In this document: positions 20,436 to 29,930 of the stretch, one piece after another | Position numbering within the stretch: position 1 is the first letter of the stretch | How the letters are laid out: each line of letters opens with the position of its first letter | Assembly: GCA_027031765.1 (NCBI GenBank) | Contig: JALVPN010000165.1 | Span: 7,993-71,992 of the forward strand | Reading direction: 5' to 3' | DNA length: 64,000 nucleotides | DNA from: Promethearchaeota archaeon | Lineage (GTDB): Archaea; Asgardarchaeota; Thorarchaeia; Thorarchaeales; Thorarchaeaceae | Notes under the pieces: generated by a model | Database searches by the model: none | Told to the model about the DNA's origin: nothing | What the model saw: only the letters and a program-made list of their open reading frames with translations | Program-made: the position numbers and the translations under genes

Positions 20436-20573
20436 TTACCTGACCCCATCTTTTGTATCGACACCCATCTGATAGAACCGCCCCCTTAATACCTTCCCCT
20501 ACACGTGCAATGAACAACACATATAACTGTTGGCAGCACAGTACTGGATGACATACAGTATTGGGTGATAAAT

Positions 20574-20951
20574 ATGGACACGCGACAGGTGGAGGAAGAA
20601 GTCGTGCGCTGGTCGAAGGAAATCAAGCGTGGTGCCGCCGAACTGGCAATCCTGGCAGTCCTCAGTCAGGGCCCCAGCTACGGTTACGAGGTCGTCAAGC
20701 GCCTGCGCCAGCATGCTGGCGAGTTCCTCGCCTTGGAGCAGGGCACCGTGTACCCCCTACTCCGACGGCTCGAAGGCAAGCGGGGCCTGCTCAACAGTGA
20801 GTGGAACTATGACGACCCCACGAGACCCAAGAAGTACTACTCCATCACGGAGGCCGGACGTCATGCACTCCACAGCATGTCCCGACTATGGGCCACCTTG
20901 GCTGCTGAGATGAGTAACATCTTGGAGGTCTGTACAGATGGACCGGACTGA
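20574..20951 (+). CDS. PadR-family transcriptional regulator
   Basis: 'LAILAVLSQGPSYGYEVVKRLRQHAGEFLALEQGTVYPLLRRLEGKRGLL...KKYYSITEAGR' is a canonical PadR wHTH. Confidence 0.8.
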   Translation: MDTRQVEEEVVRWSKEIKRGAAELAILAVLSQGPSYGYEVVKRLRQHAGEFLALEQGTVYPLLRRLEGKRGLLNSEWNYDDPTRPKKYYSITEAGRHALHSMSRLWATLAAEMSNILEVCTDGPD

Positions 20952-21987
20952 AGACCTCATCTGGGACTATCTCGAACGTGTACGGATCTACCTGCCAATC
21001 GGCAGTGATGACCTGCTCAGGGAGATCCGCACCCACCTGCTTGAGGCTGCGGAGGACATTGGAAGGGGTCAGGTCACGCCTGGCGCGGTCATGTTGGCAA
21101 TCGAACAGCTCGGTGACCCCAAGACCGTTGCCAACGAGTATGCTGGTACTGGCCGTACAAAGGGCCCGGTCCCTGTAGAACTGGTCACCCCTCTTGTGCG
21201 GTCTGTCCTGGTGGTCGCTGGTATCGGTGTGGGTCTGATTACTGCGTCGCTGCTCGTTGGCCCTGCAATCGCGGCCGCGCTTGGTGAGGCACAGGGCATT
21301 GCAGTGTCAGTCCTCACAAGTGTCGCACTTGGGTTGTGCATGCTCGTGGCCCTTGTCATTGGAGTACATGTCCTTGAGTCAAAGGGTCTACCCACTGAGA
21401 AGACCGTACTCGACATGGTCCTGGATGTTGGCACTGGCCCCTTCCAGCCGCCGTCCAGGTTGTCGGCATCAGTTGCCACGGTGATGTTGGGCATCGGGGC
21501 TATACTTGTCGTGCACCCGTCGGTGATGCCACTCTATTCCGCCGAGTTCAGAGTGTTCGTCCCGGCCATAGCGGTACTGCTGCTGCTGGCTGCAGTGCTG
21601 TCCCTCGCATTGACGGCGTTTGGGGAGAACAACTTGCTGCTCGTCGTGAATGTTGTCTTGAGTGCTGTGTGGATATGGCTTGTCTCCCAGCTGGTCTACA
21701 CAGGCTGGCCCACTACATACGCGTGGGCCTGTGAGGACGGTGGCTGTCACCTCGTCAGTATCAGTGAAGTCCTAGCGGAGAACCCGCCCCTTGGCACAGT
21801 CCTCGATGTCATCTGGCTTGCTGCCCTCTTCCTCGTGGTAGTGCTCTCGGTCTGGGAGACCAATGTCGCTATCTCAAAGGTGGTCTACTACCTGCACATT
21901 GGTCGGGGCCTATGGTGGACCGGTACGTGGGGATGTTCGTGGCTGCTGGCATGGATTGCACGTCGGCGGGGGCTCCCGCCACCATGA
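20938..21987 (+). CDS. DUF1700/HAAS-domain membrane protein partnered with PadR
   Basis: N-terminal 'DLIWDYLERVRIYLP...LLREIRTHLLEAAEDIG...AIEQLGDPKTVANEY' (HTH-associated alpha-helical signalling domain), followed by about 6 TM helices. It overlaps the PadR stop. Confidence 0.6.
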   Translation: MDRTEDLIWDYLERVRIYLPIGSDDLLREIRTHLLEAAEDIGRGQVTPGAVMLAIEQLGDPKTVANEYAGTGRTKGPVPVELVTPLVRSVLVVAGIGVGLITASLLVGPAIAAALGEAQGIAVSVLTSVALGLCMLVALVIGVHVLESKGLPTEKTVLDMVLDVGTGPFQPPSRLSASVATVMLGIGAILVVHPSVMPLYSAEFRVFVPAIAVLLLLAAVLSLALTAFGENNLLLVVNVVLSAVWIWLVSQLVYTGWPTTYAWACEDGGCHLVSISEVLAENPPLGTVLDVIWLAALFLVVVLSVWETNVAISKVVYYLHIGRGLWWTGTWGCSWLLAWIARRRGLPPP

Positions 21988-22078
21988 CGGTCCAGTCCTC
22001 ACGGTTCCCGTCCACTCCCGCCGTAGTCCAGTCGGCCCAGTCCACCCCGTGGTCTTGAGAGGTGCAGGAGGGGGTGCC

Positions 22079-22759
22079 CTAGGACCCGTCACTCTCTGGG
22101 GCCCTTCCTGCACCATACACACAGAGGTCGTTCAAGAAGCAGGAGCTACAGTGTGGTGACCTGGCCCTGCAGGTGCTCCTACCGTGCCGGACAAGGTTAT
22201 GGTTCAGGTGGTATATGCACCTCTCGTCCAGTATCGACTCCAGCAGCGTATGCGCCCGCTCCCTGCTGGTGCCCTCGGGGATGAGCCCCAGTCGTCTGGT
22301 CACCCTCCACACATGCGTATCAACAGGGAGTGCTGGCCTGCCGAAAGAGAACAGCAGTACGATTGCTGCGGTCTTTGGCCCGACGCCATGGAGTGACATC
22401 AGCCAGCGCCGTGCCTCCTGCAGCGGCATCTCTCGCAGGTGCTCCAGCTCCAGTCCGCCAGTCCGTTCTCTAATCTCACGGAGCGCACGTCTTATCCTCT
22501 TGGCCTTGACCGCGCTCAGCCCCCCACTGCTTATTGTCGTGGCGAGCTGTGCCTCGTCGGCATCCGCCACATCCTCCCAGTCTGGGTACCGTGCTCTCAG
22601 TCTATCATATGCCCTCCGGGCCAAGACATCAGTGGTGTTCTGACTGAGGATGGTAAGTACCAGCTCGGCCACCGGCTCTAGTCTGCGCGTCGTTATTGTC
22701 TCGCCGTAGTGTTCCCGTAGTCGTCTGCAGACCTCCTGTGCAGTTGACTTGACGTTCAT
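22079..22759 (-). CDS. nth: Endonuclease III-like DNA glycosylase (HhH-GPD, 4Fe-4S)
   Basis: 'LTILSQNTTD', HhH 'LMSLHGVGPKTAAIVL', catalytic 'VDTHVWRV', and an FCL cluster 'CRARSPHCSSCFLNDLC'. Confidence 0.8.
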   Translation of the reverse strand: MNVKSTAQEVCRRLREHYGETITTRRLEPVAELVLTILSQNTTDVLARRAYDRLRARYPDWEDVADADEAQLATTISSGGLSAVKAKRIRRALREIRERTGGLELEHLREMPLQEARRWLMSLHGVGPKTAAIVLLFSFGRPALPVDTHVWRVTRRLGLIPEGTSRERAHTLLESILDERCIYHLNHNLVRHGRSTCRARSPHCSSCFLNDLCVYGAGRAPESDGS

Positions 22760-22842
22760 GTCTTGACACCAGCACGTCAGACCACTGGTCGGACGCGGCC
22801 CATTCAGAAGACTCATCAATAGTCTGCGTCCAACAGTGTAGT

Positions 22843-23286
22843 ATGGACGAGCCACATGTTATTGTAGTCTACGAAAGCACACGTGGGCGCACCAAGGCAA
22901 TGGCTGAGGCCATCTGCGCGGGTGTGACCGGGGAAGGTGTGGTCTGCCGGATGCTCACTGCGACCGAGTTGAACGACATTGGGGGTGCATGCGGGCTGGC
23001 GGTGGGGTCTTCCACGCGCATGAAGCGGCCCTTGCCGGGAATCCGTACACTCCTGTCACGACTGCCGACGCTTGACGGGCTCCCTGCTGCTGCCTTCGGC
23101 TCATACGGGTGGAGTGGTGAGGCGCCTGATGAGATTGCACGGCTGCTCGCCGAGCGTGGTGCAGTCCTACTTGATGAATCGCCGGTGAAAGCAAAGGACT
23201 ACCCATCTGAGGATGCGCTTGAACGCTGTCGTGACCTGGGCCGTGCGCTCGCTGTGCGGTGTACCTCTACCGGAACGACACCATAG
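22843..23286 (+). CDS. Flavodoxin-like protein
   Basis: 'VIVVYESTRGRTKAMAEAI' (FMN phosphate loop) and 'AAFGSYGWSGEA'. Confidence 0.6.
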   Translation: MDEPHVIVVYESTRGRTKAMAEAICAGVTGEGVVCRMLTATELNDIGGACGLAVGSSTRMKRPLPGIRTLLSRLPTLDGLPAAAFGSYGWSGEAPDEIARLLAERGAVLLDESPVKAKDYPSEDALERCRDLGRALAVRCTSTGTTP

Positions 23287-23332
23287 AGTACCACGTATAT
23301 GTGGAGTTTCCCGGACTACGGGGTTGAGGGCC

Positions 23333-25249
23333 GTGGGTCACATTGCAAGGCTGACAGGCTATGCTCTACGTCACAAGGCCCACTTTGCTGGTTTCATGAG
23401 TGCCGCCGCGGTGGCAACAGTCTTCAACCTACTCACCCCACTGGTCCTCGTCCGTATCATCGACACGGTGGTCCCCAGTCAGAAGCTTGCCCTCATAGTC
23501 CCACACGCCCTGCTCTATCTCGCCCTGATTGTCGGCTATGCACTGTTCGACTTTGTCCAGCGCTACCTCAGTGCACTGATGGCACAACATGTGATCTTTG
23601 AACTGAGGGCCGAGCTGTACGAGTCGCTCATGTCGAAGGACCTGGCCTTCTACGATGAGAACGAGACCGGCCAGCTCTTGGCCCGCGTCACAACTGACGT
23701 GACGACGATGCGCCAGTTCCTACTATGGGGCTACCGCGTGATATTCACCGGCGCTGTGACACTGGTGGGGACGTACTATGTGATGTTCACACTGAGCCCA
23801 CGACTGACCATGTGGATGCTACTGGTGCTGCCCGCGCTCGGCTATGTGATTTATGCCTTTGCCAAGCGGGTGCGCCCGGTCTTCTTTGCGGCAAGAGACC
23901 AGTATGGACGGCTCAGCGCGGTCTTGCAGGAGAACATAACTGGGATGAAGATTGTCCAGTCATACTCAACACTTGAACATGAGAGCAAGAGGGTCGAGCA
24001 AGAGAACCGCAAGTACCTTGACCTGATTGTTGAGGCAAACAGGCTGGCGAACTTCTATTCTCCCCTGTTGATAACGGTGCTCGGGGTTGCGACTGGCGCA
24101 CTGGTGTACGTTGGGGGCCTGCTGTATAGCTTCGGTGACCTTTCCGCTGGCGAGTTCGTGGGCTTCGTCAGTCTTGTCGCAATGCTGGTGCTCCCCGCGC
24201 GGTTCCTGACCTGGGGTGTCGGTATGTACCAGCGCGCATCCGCTGCTGCAGAACGCACCTTCTACATCTTGGACGCCCGCGATGAGATAATGGACCCCCC
24301 TGACCCGGTACCTGTTGAACGTCTTGAGGGTCATGTTACATTCCAGCACGTGTTCTTCTCCTACCGGGGGGACAACTACATCCTCCGTGACATCAACCTT
24401 GATGTCAGGCCCGGGCAGGTGGTCGCACTCCTCGGTGGTACTGGCTCTGGCAAGACAAGCCTGGTGAACCTCATCCCTCGCTTCTACGATGTTGACCCCG
24501 ACCCTACTGTCACAGTGCGTGGGAGGACGTACCGAGTGGACAGACACGGCCGGGTCAGGATTGGTGACACTGAGTACCGCGTAGAGGACGGGACGCTCAC
24601 TATTGATGGCGAGTCCTTCACGGTCCAGCCACCGGGGGCCCTCTTGATTGATAGTGTCGATGTGCGCCGCTACTCGCTCGACGACTTGCGCCGCAACATC
24701 GGGATGGTGCACCAGGACCCGTTCCTGTTCTCAGCATCAATCAGGGAGAACATTGCATTTGCAAGACCGGACGCACCCATGGATGAGGTCATTGCTGCGG
24801 CCAGGGCCGCCATGATCCACGACTTCATAGTGTCCCTCCCAGGGGGCTACGACACAGTTGTCGGTGAACGTGGTGTCACCCTCAGCGGCGGCCAGCGACA
24901 GCGCATTGCCATCGCGCGTGCCCTCCTTGCAGACCCACGAATCCTCATTCTCGATGACTCTACAAGCTCCGTTGATGCAAGGACGGAGCTGGAGATACAA
25001 CGTGCACTGGAGAACGTGATGCGTGGGCGTACTACTTTCATTATCACGCATCGTCTGAGCACAATCCGTGGTGCCGACCTGATTGTCATGATGGAGCGTG
25101 GACGTATTGTTGAGGTGGGTACCCATGAGGAACTGATGGCCCGGGGCGGCCTGTATGCCGACCTATATGCCACGCTCGACGTGATGCGTGAAGAGGCGCG
25201 ACGACTGACCGCTGGCCAGACCGCTGGGCTGGGGGGTGGTACACAGTGA
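23333..25249 (+). CDS. ABC exporter (TMD-NBD half-transporter), subunit with degenerate Walker B and an NBD insertion
   Basis: 6-TM domain then NBD: Walker A 'GGTGSGKTS', signature 'LSGGQRQRIAIARAL', Walker B 'ILILDDSTSS' (D replaces the catalytic E). A roughly 45-aa insertion follows 'RFYDVD'. The probable GTG start is at 23333. Confidence 0.8.
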   Translation: MGHIARLTGYALRHKAHFAGFMSAAAVATVFNLLTPLVLVRIIDTVVPSQKLALIVPHALLYLALIVGYALFDFVQRYLSALMAQHVIFELRAELYESLMSKDLAFYDENETGQLLARVTTDVTTMRQFLLWGYRVIFTGAVTLVGTYYVMFTLSPRLTMWMLLVLPALGYVIYAFAKRVRPVFFAARDQYGRLSAVLQENITGMKIVQSYSTLEHESKRVEQENRKYLDLIVEANRLANFYSPLLITVLGVATGALVYVGGLLYSFGDLSAGEFVGFVSLVAMLVLPARFLTWGVGMYQRASAAAERTFYILDARDEIMDPPDPVPVERLEGHVTFQHVFFSYRGDNYILRDINLDVRPGQVVALLGGTGSGKTSLVNLIPRFYDVDPDPTVTVRGRTYRVDRHGRVRIGDTEYRVEDGTLTIDGESFTVQPPGALLIDSVDVRRYSLDDLRRNIGMVHQDPFLFSASIRENIAFARPDAPMDEVIAAARAAMIHDFIVSLPGGYDTVVGERGVTLSGGQRQRIAIARALLADPRILILDDSTSSVDARTELEIQRALENVMRGRTTFIITHRLSTIRGADLIVMMERGRIVEVGTHEELMARGGLYADLYATLDVMREEARRLTAGQTAGLGGGTQ

Positions 25250-27042
25250 GCCATCACGTTGGTGACGATGAGGAGCGTACCTACGAGTACAGTGACAGCG
25301 CACTGCTAGGACGGATGGTGCGCTACCTGCTGGAATACCCGCACATAGTGGTGGGAGTGTCCCTCCTTGTGGCAGTCAACATATCCGTCAGTATATTCTC
25401 CCCATTCGTGCTCCGCACCGGTATCGACGACATCTTCCCCACTGGTGACCTGGACGCACTCTCGGTCTGTTCCGTGTTGTACATTCTCTTGCAGGTGGTC
25501 TGGTGGCTATCGAGCTATGGACAGGGATACCTGACCACACTGATGGGCCAGCGGGCCGTCTACCGTATCCGGCAGTCACTCTTCCAGCACCTCCAGTCCC
25601 TCTCACAGGAGTTCTACGACCGTAAGTCCAGCGGACGCGTGATCTCCCGCCTCACCAATGACATCGACCGGATGAGCGAGTTCCTGACCGGGGGGCTCTT
25701 CAACTCGCTCGCACAGATGTTCATCGTGTTCGCGGTCGGCGTCACAATCCTCGTTGTGGACATAGACCTCGCCCTCGTGTCGCTCGCCGTCGTGCCACTG
25801 TTGGCGGTCTCAACACATGTGTTCCGTCAGCGTGCGAGAGAGGCCTACCGACAGACACGCAAGACAATTTCCAGTGTGACCTCAAACCTTGCAGAGAGCA
25901 TCTCGGGTGCAAAGGTGACGAAGAGTTTTGCGCGTGAGCGAGAGAGCCTTGTACGTTTCGCAGAGGTCAACATCAAGGACTACCAGTCGAACGTCAACGC
26001 TGCAAAGGCGACCTCCGTCTTCTTTCCGGCCATCCGCCTCATCGGAGGCCTCGGTGTCGTACTGATACTCTGGGTGGGTGGTACCCGCCTGATTGAGGGC
26101 TCGATCACAGTCGGGACGCTCCTCCTCTTCATCCAGATGAACGCAACGTTCTTCCGGCCAATCGTTGTTCTCACGAGCTTCTACAACACGGTCCAGAGTG
26201 CCTTTGCTGGTGCCGAGAGAGTGTTCGCCATACTCGACACACAGCCCGCTGTCAAGGACAGCCCCGATGCAATTGACCTCCCAGATGACATCAGGGGGCA
26301 CATCCGTTTCAACAACGTGTCGTTCAGGTATGTTGAGAGCACCCCTGTCCTTGTCGACTTCAACCTTGAGATCATGCCGGGCGAGACCGTCGCCCTTGTC
26401 GGTGATACTGGCGCCGGCAAGACCACGGTCATCAGTCTGCTCAACAGGTTCTATGATGTTGACTCGGGCTCGATCGAGATTGACGGCATTGATATCCGTC
26501 GTGTAAAGCAGCGCTCCCTGAGGTCGAAGATTGGCCTTGTCCTCCAAGAACCGTTCCTGTTCAGCGGCACTGTCCTTGACAACGTCCGTTACGGCAGGCC
26601 TGACGCATCATATGAAGAGGTACTTGAGGCTGTTGAGGCAATTGGTGCACGAAGGCTCCTTGAGAGCCTTGAGAACGGCCTCCTCACCGAGGTGGGGGAG
26701 CGTGGGGGTCGTCTGTCTGAGGGAGAACGGCAACTCGTCAGCTTTGCGAGGGCGCTCCTTGCCGACCCGCGCATCCTTGTCCTGGACGAGGCTACGAGTT
26801 CAATCGACATATACACCGAGTACACAATCCAGCGGGGGATGCGTGCCCTCCTCAAGGGGCGCACTGCTGTCGTGGTGGCACACCGCCTCTCGACCATTGT
26901 CAGTGCTGACCGCATCGTGGTCCTTGAGAAGGGCCGGATTGTCGAGATGGGCACGCATCACGAGCTGATGGCCCGCCGTGGGAAGTACCACTCACTATAC
27001 GAGCTCCAGCTACGACCCCGTGCTGCTGGAATCACAACCTGA
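25246..27042 (+). CDS. ABC exporter (TMD-NBD half-transporter), canonical partner subunit
   Basis: Walker A 'GDTGAGKTT', signature 'LSEGERQLVSFARAL', Walker B 'ILVLDEATSS', H-loop 'VVAHRLST'. A 4-nt overlap with the upstream gene suggests a heterodimer. Confidence 0.8.
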   Translation: MSHHVGDDEERTYEYSDSALLGRMVRYLLEYPHIVVGVSLLVAVNISVSIFSPFVLRTGIDDIFPTGDLDALSVCSVLYILLQVVWWLSSYGQGYLTTLMGQRAVYRIRQSLFQHLQSLSQEFYDRKSSGRVISRLTNDIDRMSEFLTGGLFNSLAQMFIVFAVGVTILVVDIDLALVSLAVVPLLAVSTHVFRQRAREAYRQTRKTISSVTSNLAESISGAKVTKSFARERESLVRFAEVNIKDYQSNVNAAKATSVFFPAIRLIGGLGVVLILWVGGTRLIEGSITVGTLLLFIQMNATFFRPIVVLTSFYNTVQSAFAGAERVFAILDTQPAVKDSPDAIDLPDDIRGHIRFNNVSFRYVESTPVLVDFNLEIMPGETVALVGDTGAGKTTVISLLNRFYDVDSGSIEIDGIDIRRVKQRSLRSKIGLVLQEPFLFSGTVLDNVRYGRPDASYEEVLEAVEAIGARRLLESLENGLLTEVGERGGRLSEGERQLVSFARALLADPRILVLDEATSSIDIYTEYTIQRGMRALLKGRTAVVVAHRLSTIVSADRIVVLEKGRIVEMGTHHELMARRGKYHSLYELQLRPRAAGITT

Positions 27043-27179
27043 CACCATGTGTGGTGGCCGTGACGAGCACCGATCACACTCCAGCCATGTATGGCATCCG
27101 ACAGGTCGCGCTGCACGGCACCCGTACCATGTATGTGCGTGCTGTCATGCAGTGGAGCTGTGTCTGGGTGCACGGCCCA

Positions 27180-27974
27180 TCAGTGTCCTCCACAGTGGCC
27201 GCCATGATGGGAGCCGTGGCCATGGTGGTCATGGTGCCCGTGTCGAGTGTCATCGTCGCAACAGGACGACCACGGACGCCACCATGGCACATGACACATC
27301 GCCCTGTGAACTGCATCTGCTGCCAGCGCTATCGAGTCACCTACGGTCCTGCCAATGGTCTGTGCCAGTGGGCCACTGTAGTCCCACCGCATGTGGCAAC
27401 CCCGGCCATGGCCCGTGTCCGTGTGCACAAGCCTGTCCTCGTCTATGTGGACTGCACGTCCCGTGCTCTCGATGTGGACAGTACTGCCATGGATGAACAC
27501 CATCGCATCGTCCTGAATGACCAGTACGACCGTCCCTGCAGGGTCTGACCTGCCTATCAGCACCGCTGCGCCATCAATGCGGGAGGCGCGTTCGGGGTGC
27601 AGGTCGCTGGCATCAACCATCTCACGCACCGCTCTGACGAACGCGTCAACATCAGCGTATCCCAAGGCGGCTGCGTCCCCGCTGGTGGCCCTCTTGGAGT
27701 GGTCACCAGCACTATGATCCTGGATGAACAACAGCTGGATTCCCTGAAGGCTCCCAGCAACAGCACGTCCAACAACTCCCTCGTCAGTCTCAACAAAGGC
27801 ATCCACTGCGAACTTGGCCTGTCCCGCAAAGGCCATGCCCACTGGTGTGCCATCCTGTTCGAGTGGTGTCCATATGCATCCCGGACCGAGCTCTACCAGC
27901 GCCTTCTGGTGCAACACCACCTGTGTCGCCTCGACCACCACATTGACTGTTCCATTTGGTGACAGTGCGTTCAT
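27180..27974 (-). CDS. Hypothetical protein with His-rich C-terminal tail (putative metal-binding)
   Basis: Longest ORF in a region of overlapping frames. The C-terminus is 'HGHHDHHGHGSHHGGHCGGH'. A 4-nt overlap with the upstream ArsR-type gene supports it as real. Confidence 0.4.
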   Translation of the reverse strand: MNALSPNGTVNVVVEATQVVLHQKALVELGPGCIWTPLEQDGTPVGMAFAGQAKFAVDAFVETDEGVVGRAVAGSLQGIQLLFIQDHSAGDHSKRATSGDAAALGYADVDAFVRAVREMVDASDLHPERASRIDGAAVLIGRSDPAGTVVLVIQDDAMVFIHGSTVHIESTGRAVHIDEDRLVHTDTGHGRGCHMRWDYSGPLAQTIGRTVGDSIALAADAVHRAMCHVPWWRPWSSCCDDDTRHGHHDHHGHGSHHGGHCGGH

Positions 27975-28690
27975 TCGCTGTCCTCCTCCTCAAATGCAAT
28001 GTCTATGTCCTCTTCTCCGGCGTCCTCACCCGTGTCCTCCCGTGCCGCAGAGGTGTCGAGTTCCCGCTCCATCCTGCTCGTCAGCCACTGCGCGAGCCGG
28101 TATGCCAGCCTCCCCTCTACAGTCACGTGGTACGTCCCACGCACCTCCCCCTTTATCACATATCCAGCGTCTATGAGCTGGTTGAGGTGGTGCATCAGCG
28201 AGCTGCCAGTCTTGCCGGTCATGTTCTCGAGCTCGTTGAAGGTCTTCCCGCCATCACGGAGGAACTCCAAGATTCGGAGGCGCACCTCGCTCCCCAAGGG
28301 ACTGACGACCCGCGCCACTCGTTCAGGTGGTATGTCCTGGACTCTCCTGCGTCGGCTCCCGTGCCTCTTTGTCCTCACCAGCAGATGTGGTGCCCTTATT
28401 GTCACACCGGCACTGCTCAAGGAACGCCGTATCTGCTCTCCCAGCCCGTCGAGCATCTCGTCGAGGCTCTCGGTCAGTCCTGACAGGTCGATATGTACTG
28501 CATGTGTTTCCATCCTTGGCCTGCGCCCGTAGGACCTGCGGTAGCGTGCACGGATCTCCTCAATCTCCTCGAGCTCTCTCTTGAGCTGCTCCTTCAGGCG
28601 ACGCACCTCTTCGAGCTCTCTTCTCATCTCTTCCGCGTCATCGGCCATCTCTTCACCACTGTAGCCACTTACAGCTGTAATACTGTACAT
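27971..28690 (-). CDS. ArsR-family winged-helix regulator with N-terminal coiled-coil
   Basis: 'VRLRILEFLRDGGKTFNELENMTGKTGSSLMHHLNQLIDAGYVIKGE' is the ArsR/SmtB HTH. The N-terminus has an acidic coiled-coil. The start is uncertain (28690 or 28648). Confidence 0.6.
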   Translation of the reverse strand: MYSITAVSGYSGEEMADDAEEMRRELEEVRRLKEQLKRELEEIEEIRARYRRSYGRRPRMETHAVHIDLSGLTESLDEMLDGLGEQIRRSLSSAGVTIRAPHLLVRTKRHGSRRRRVQDIPPERVARVVSPLGSEVRLRILEFLRDGGKTFNELENMTGKTGSSLMHHLNQLIDAGYVIKGEVRGTYHVTVEGRLAYRLAQWLTSRMERELDTSAAREDTGEDAGEEDIDIAFEEEDSE

Positions 28691-28746
28691 TTTTACATAT
28701 AAGTCCAGCTGTCCCGGTGCGCGGGCACTACACTGTCCTTGGGGGT

Positions 28747-29193
28747 TCAGAGATGTCCTGTTGCCCTGTGTTGCGTTGCGACCTCGACAAGTCGAGTGAT
28801 GAAGCCACCGGCCATGCCGGCGACGAGCCACACGAGATAGGCCCTCACTGTCGTGCCTGTCATCGGCGTCCATCCTGTGAGTTGCCAGAGTGTCGACCAT
28901 ACAACAGTGTCTAGGAGCACGGCAAGTGTCATGTATGCAGTCCCCAGAATGACGCCCTTCATTACAGGGCATATCCTGGACCTGAGGTCGCACCCGGACC
29001 CGAAGAGCCGTCCAGAGATGACCCCGGTTGCCAGTATGAGTACTACTGCGGTTGAAACGGGCCATGCATACTGTGTGTTGCCTGTGCTCACTGCAAGGAA
29101 CACTGCAATGGTCGTGGTCACGTAAACGACAGCAAAGTCACTCAGTGCTTGCAGCCACAACGGTCGTCCTGTCCACCACATCTCTTTGTCCAT
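28747..29193 (-). CDS. Hypothetical 4-TM membrane protein
   Basis: Hydrophobic profile. It is first in an apparent three-gene minus-strand cluster. Confidence 0.45.
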   Translation of the reverse strand: MDKEMWWTGRPLWLQALSDFAVVYVTTTIAVFLAVSTGNTQYAWPVSTAVVLILATGVISGRLFGSGCDLRSRICPVMKGVILGTAYMTLAVLLDTVVWSTLWQLTGWTPMTGTTVRAYLVWLVAGMAGGFITRLVEVATQHRATGHL

Positions 29194-29305
29194 TCAGCCT
29201 ATGTGGCCGCCGACGTATATCTACCGGTAGCGGCGGTACCACCCTGATGCATGCACCGCAGTATGTTGTTCATGGGGTGCCCGCTCTTTCCCGCTATGAT
29301 ACGCG

Positions 29306-29320
29306 ATAATGTAAAATAAT
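29306..29320 (+). promoter_or_regulatory. Putative TATA box (TAAAATAAT) about 25 nt upstream of the GTPase start
   Basis: An AT-rich hexamer in an otherwise GC-rich intergenic region. The spacing is consistent with a leaderless or short-leader archaeal promoter. Confidence 0.3.
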
Positions 29321-29341
29321 CGTGGCCGTGTACCTTGACAT

Positions 29342-29872
29342 ATGATGAGCTCCGACAGCAAGCAGTTCATTGTCCTCGTTGCCGGAGAGGGTGGCGTTGG
29401 GAAGAGCACCCTGATCAAGTACCTTCTGGAGGGTGTGTACATACCACAACGCCTTACGGTCGGCCTCAACGTAGAGACCTACACCCTCACCATTGACGGC
29501 CCGGAGTACCATCTCACAATCAGGGATGCTGGTGGCGAGGAGCGCTTCCGGTTCATGATGCCGATGTGGACGCGCGGTGCAAAGGGCGCACTGCTCGTGT
29601 TCGACCTGGGACGTTATCACACCTTCCTGCACCTGCCGGACTGGCTGGAGCTGATGCGTGACTCGCTGGCACCCAGTAGGATTCTGCTCGTCGGTGCCAA
29701 GTGCGATATCGGTGACGACCGTGAGGTGGACACGAGCGAGGCACATGATATTGTCGGCCGGTATGGGCTGGCTGGGTATGTCGAGACCAGCTCCATGATG
29801 GGGATTGGTGTCCGTGACGCATTCGAGATGCTCGTAAGGCGGATAGCCGCATCAGAGGGCCCCCCATCTTGA
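29342..29872 (+). CDS. Ras-superfamily small GTPase (Rab/Arf-like)
   Basis: G1 'GEGGVGKST', switch I Thr ('NVETYT'), G3 'DAGGEERF', G4 'GAKCD', G5 'ETSSM'. The 176-aa size is typical. Confidence 0.8.
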   Translation: MMSSDSKQFIVLVAGEGGVGKSTLIKYLLEGVYIPQRLTVGLNVETYTLTIDGPEYHLTIRDAGGEERFRFMMPMWTRGAKGALLVFDLGRYHTFLHLPDWLELMRDSLAPSRILLVGAKCDIGDDREVDTSEAHDIVGRYGLAGYVETSSMMGIGVRDAFEMLVRRIAASEGPPS

Positions 29873-29930
29873 GCCGTGGCTATGCTGGGCAATATGGTCA
29901 CTACAATGGAGCCGGACAGGTGCGTGGACG

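Noticed and set aside
23966-26547. Several 130-250-aa minus-strand ORFs inside the ABC exporter genes
   Set aside because: They are antisense to genes with complete Walker A, signature and Walker B motifs.
28691-28705. 'TTATATGTAAAA' immediately upstream of the ArsR-type gene ATG as a TATA box
   Set aside because: It abuts the annotated ATG, which is too close for a -26 TATA. It could serve a downstream alternative start (28648), but this is unresolved.
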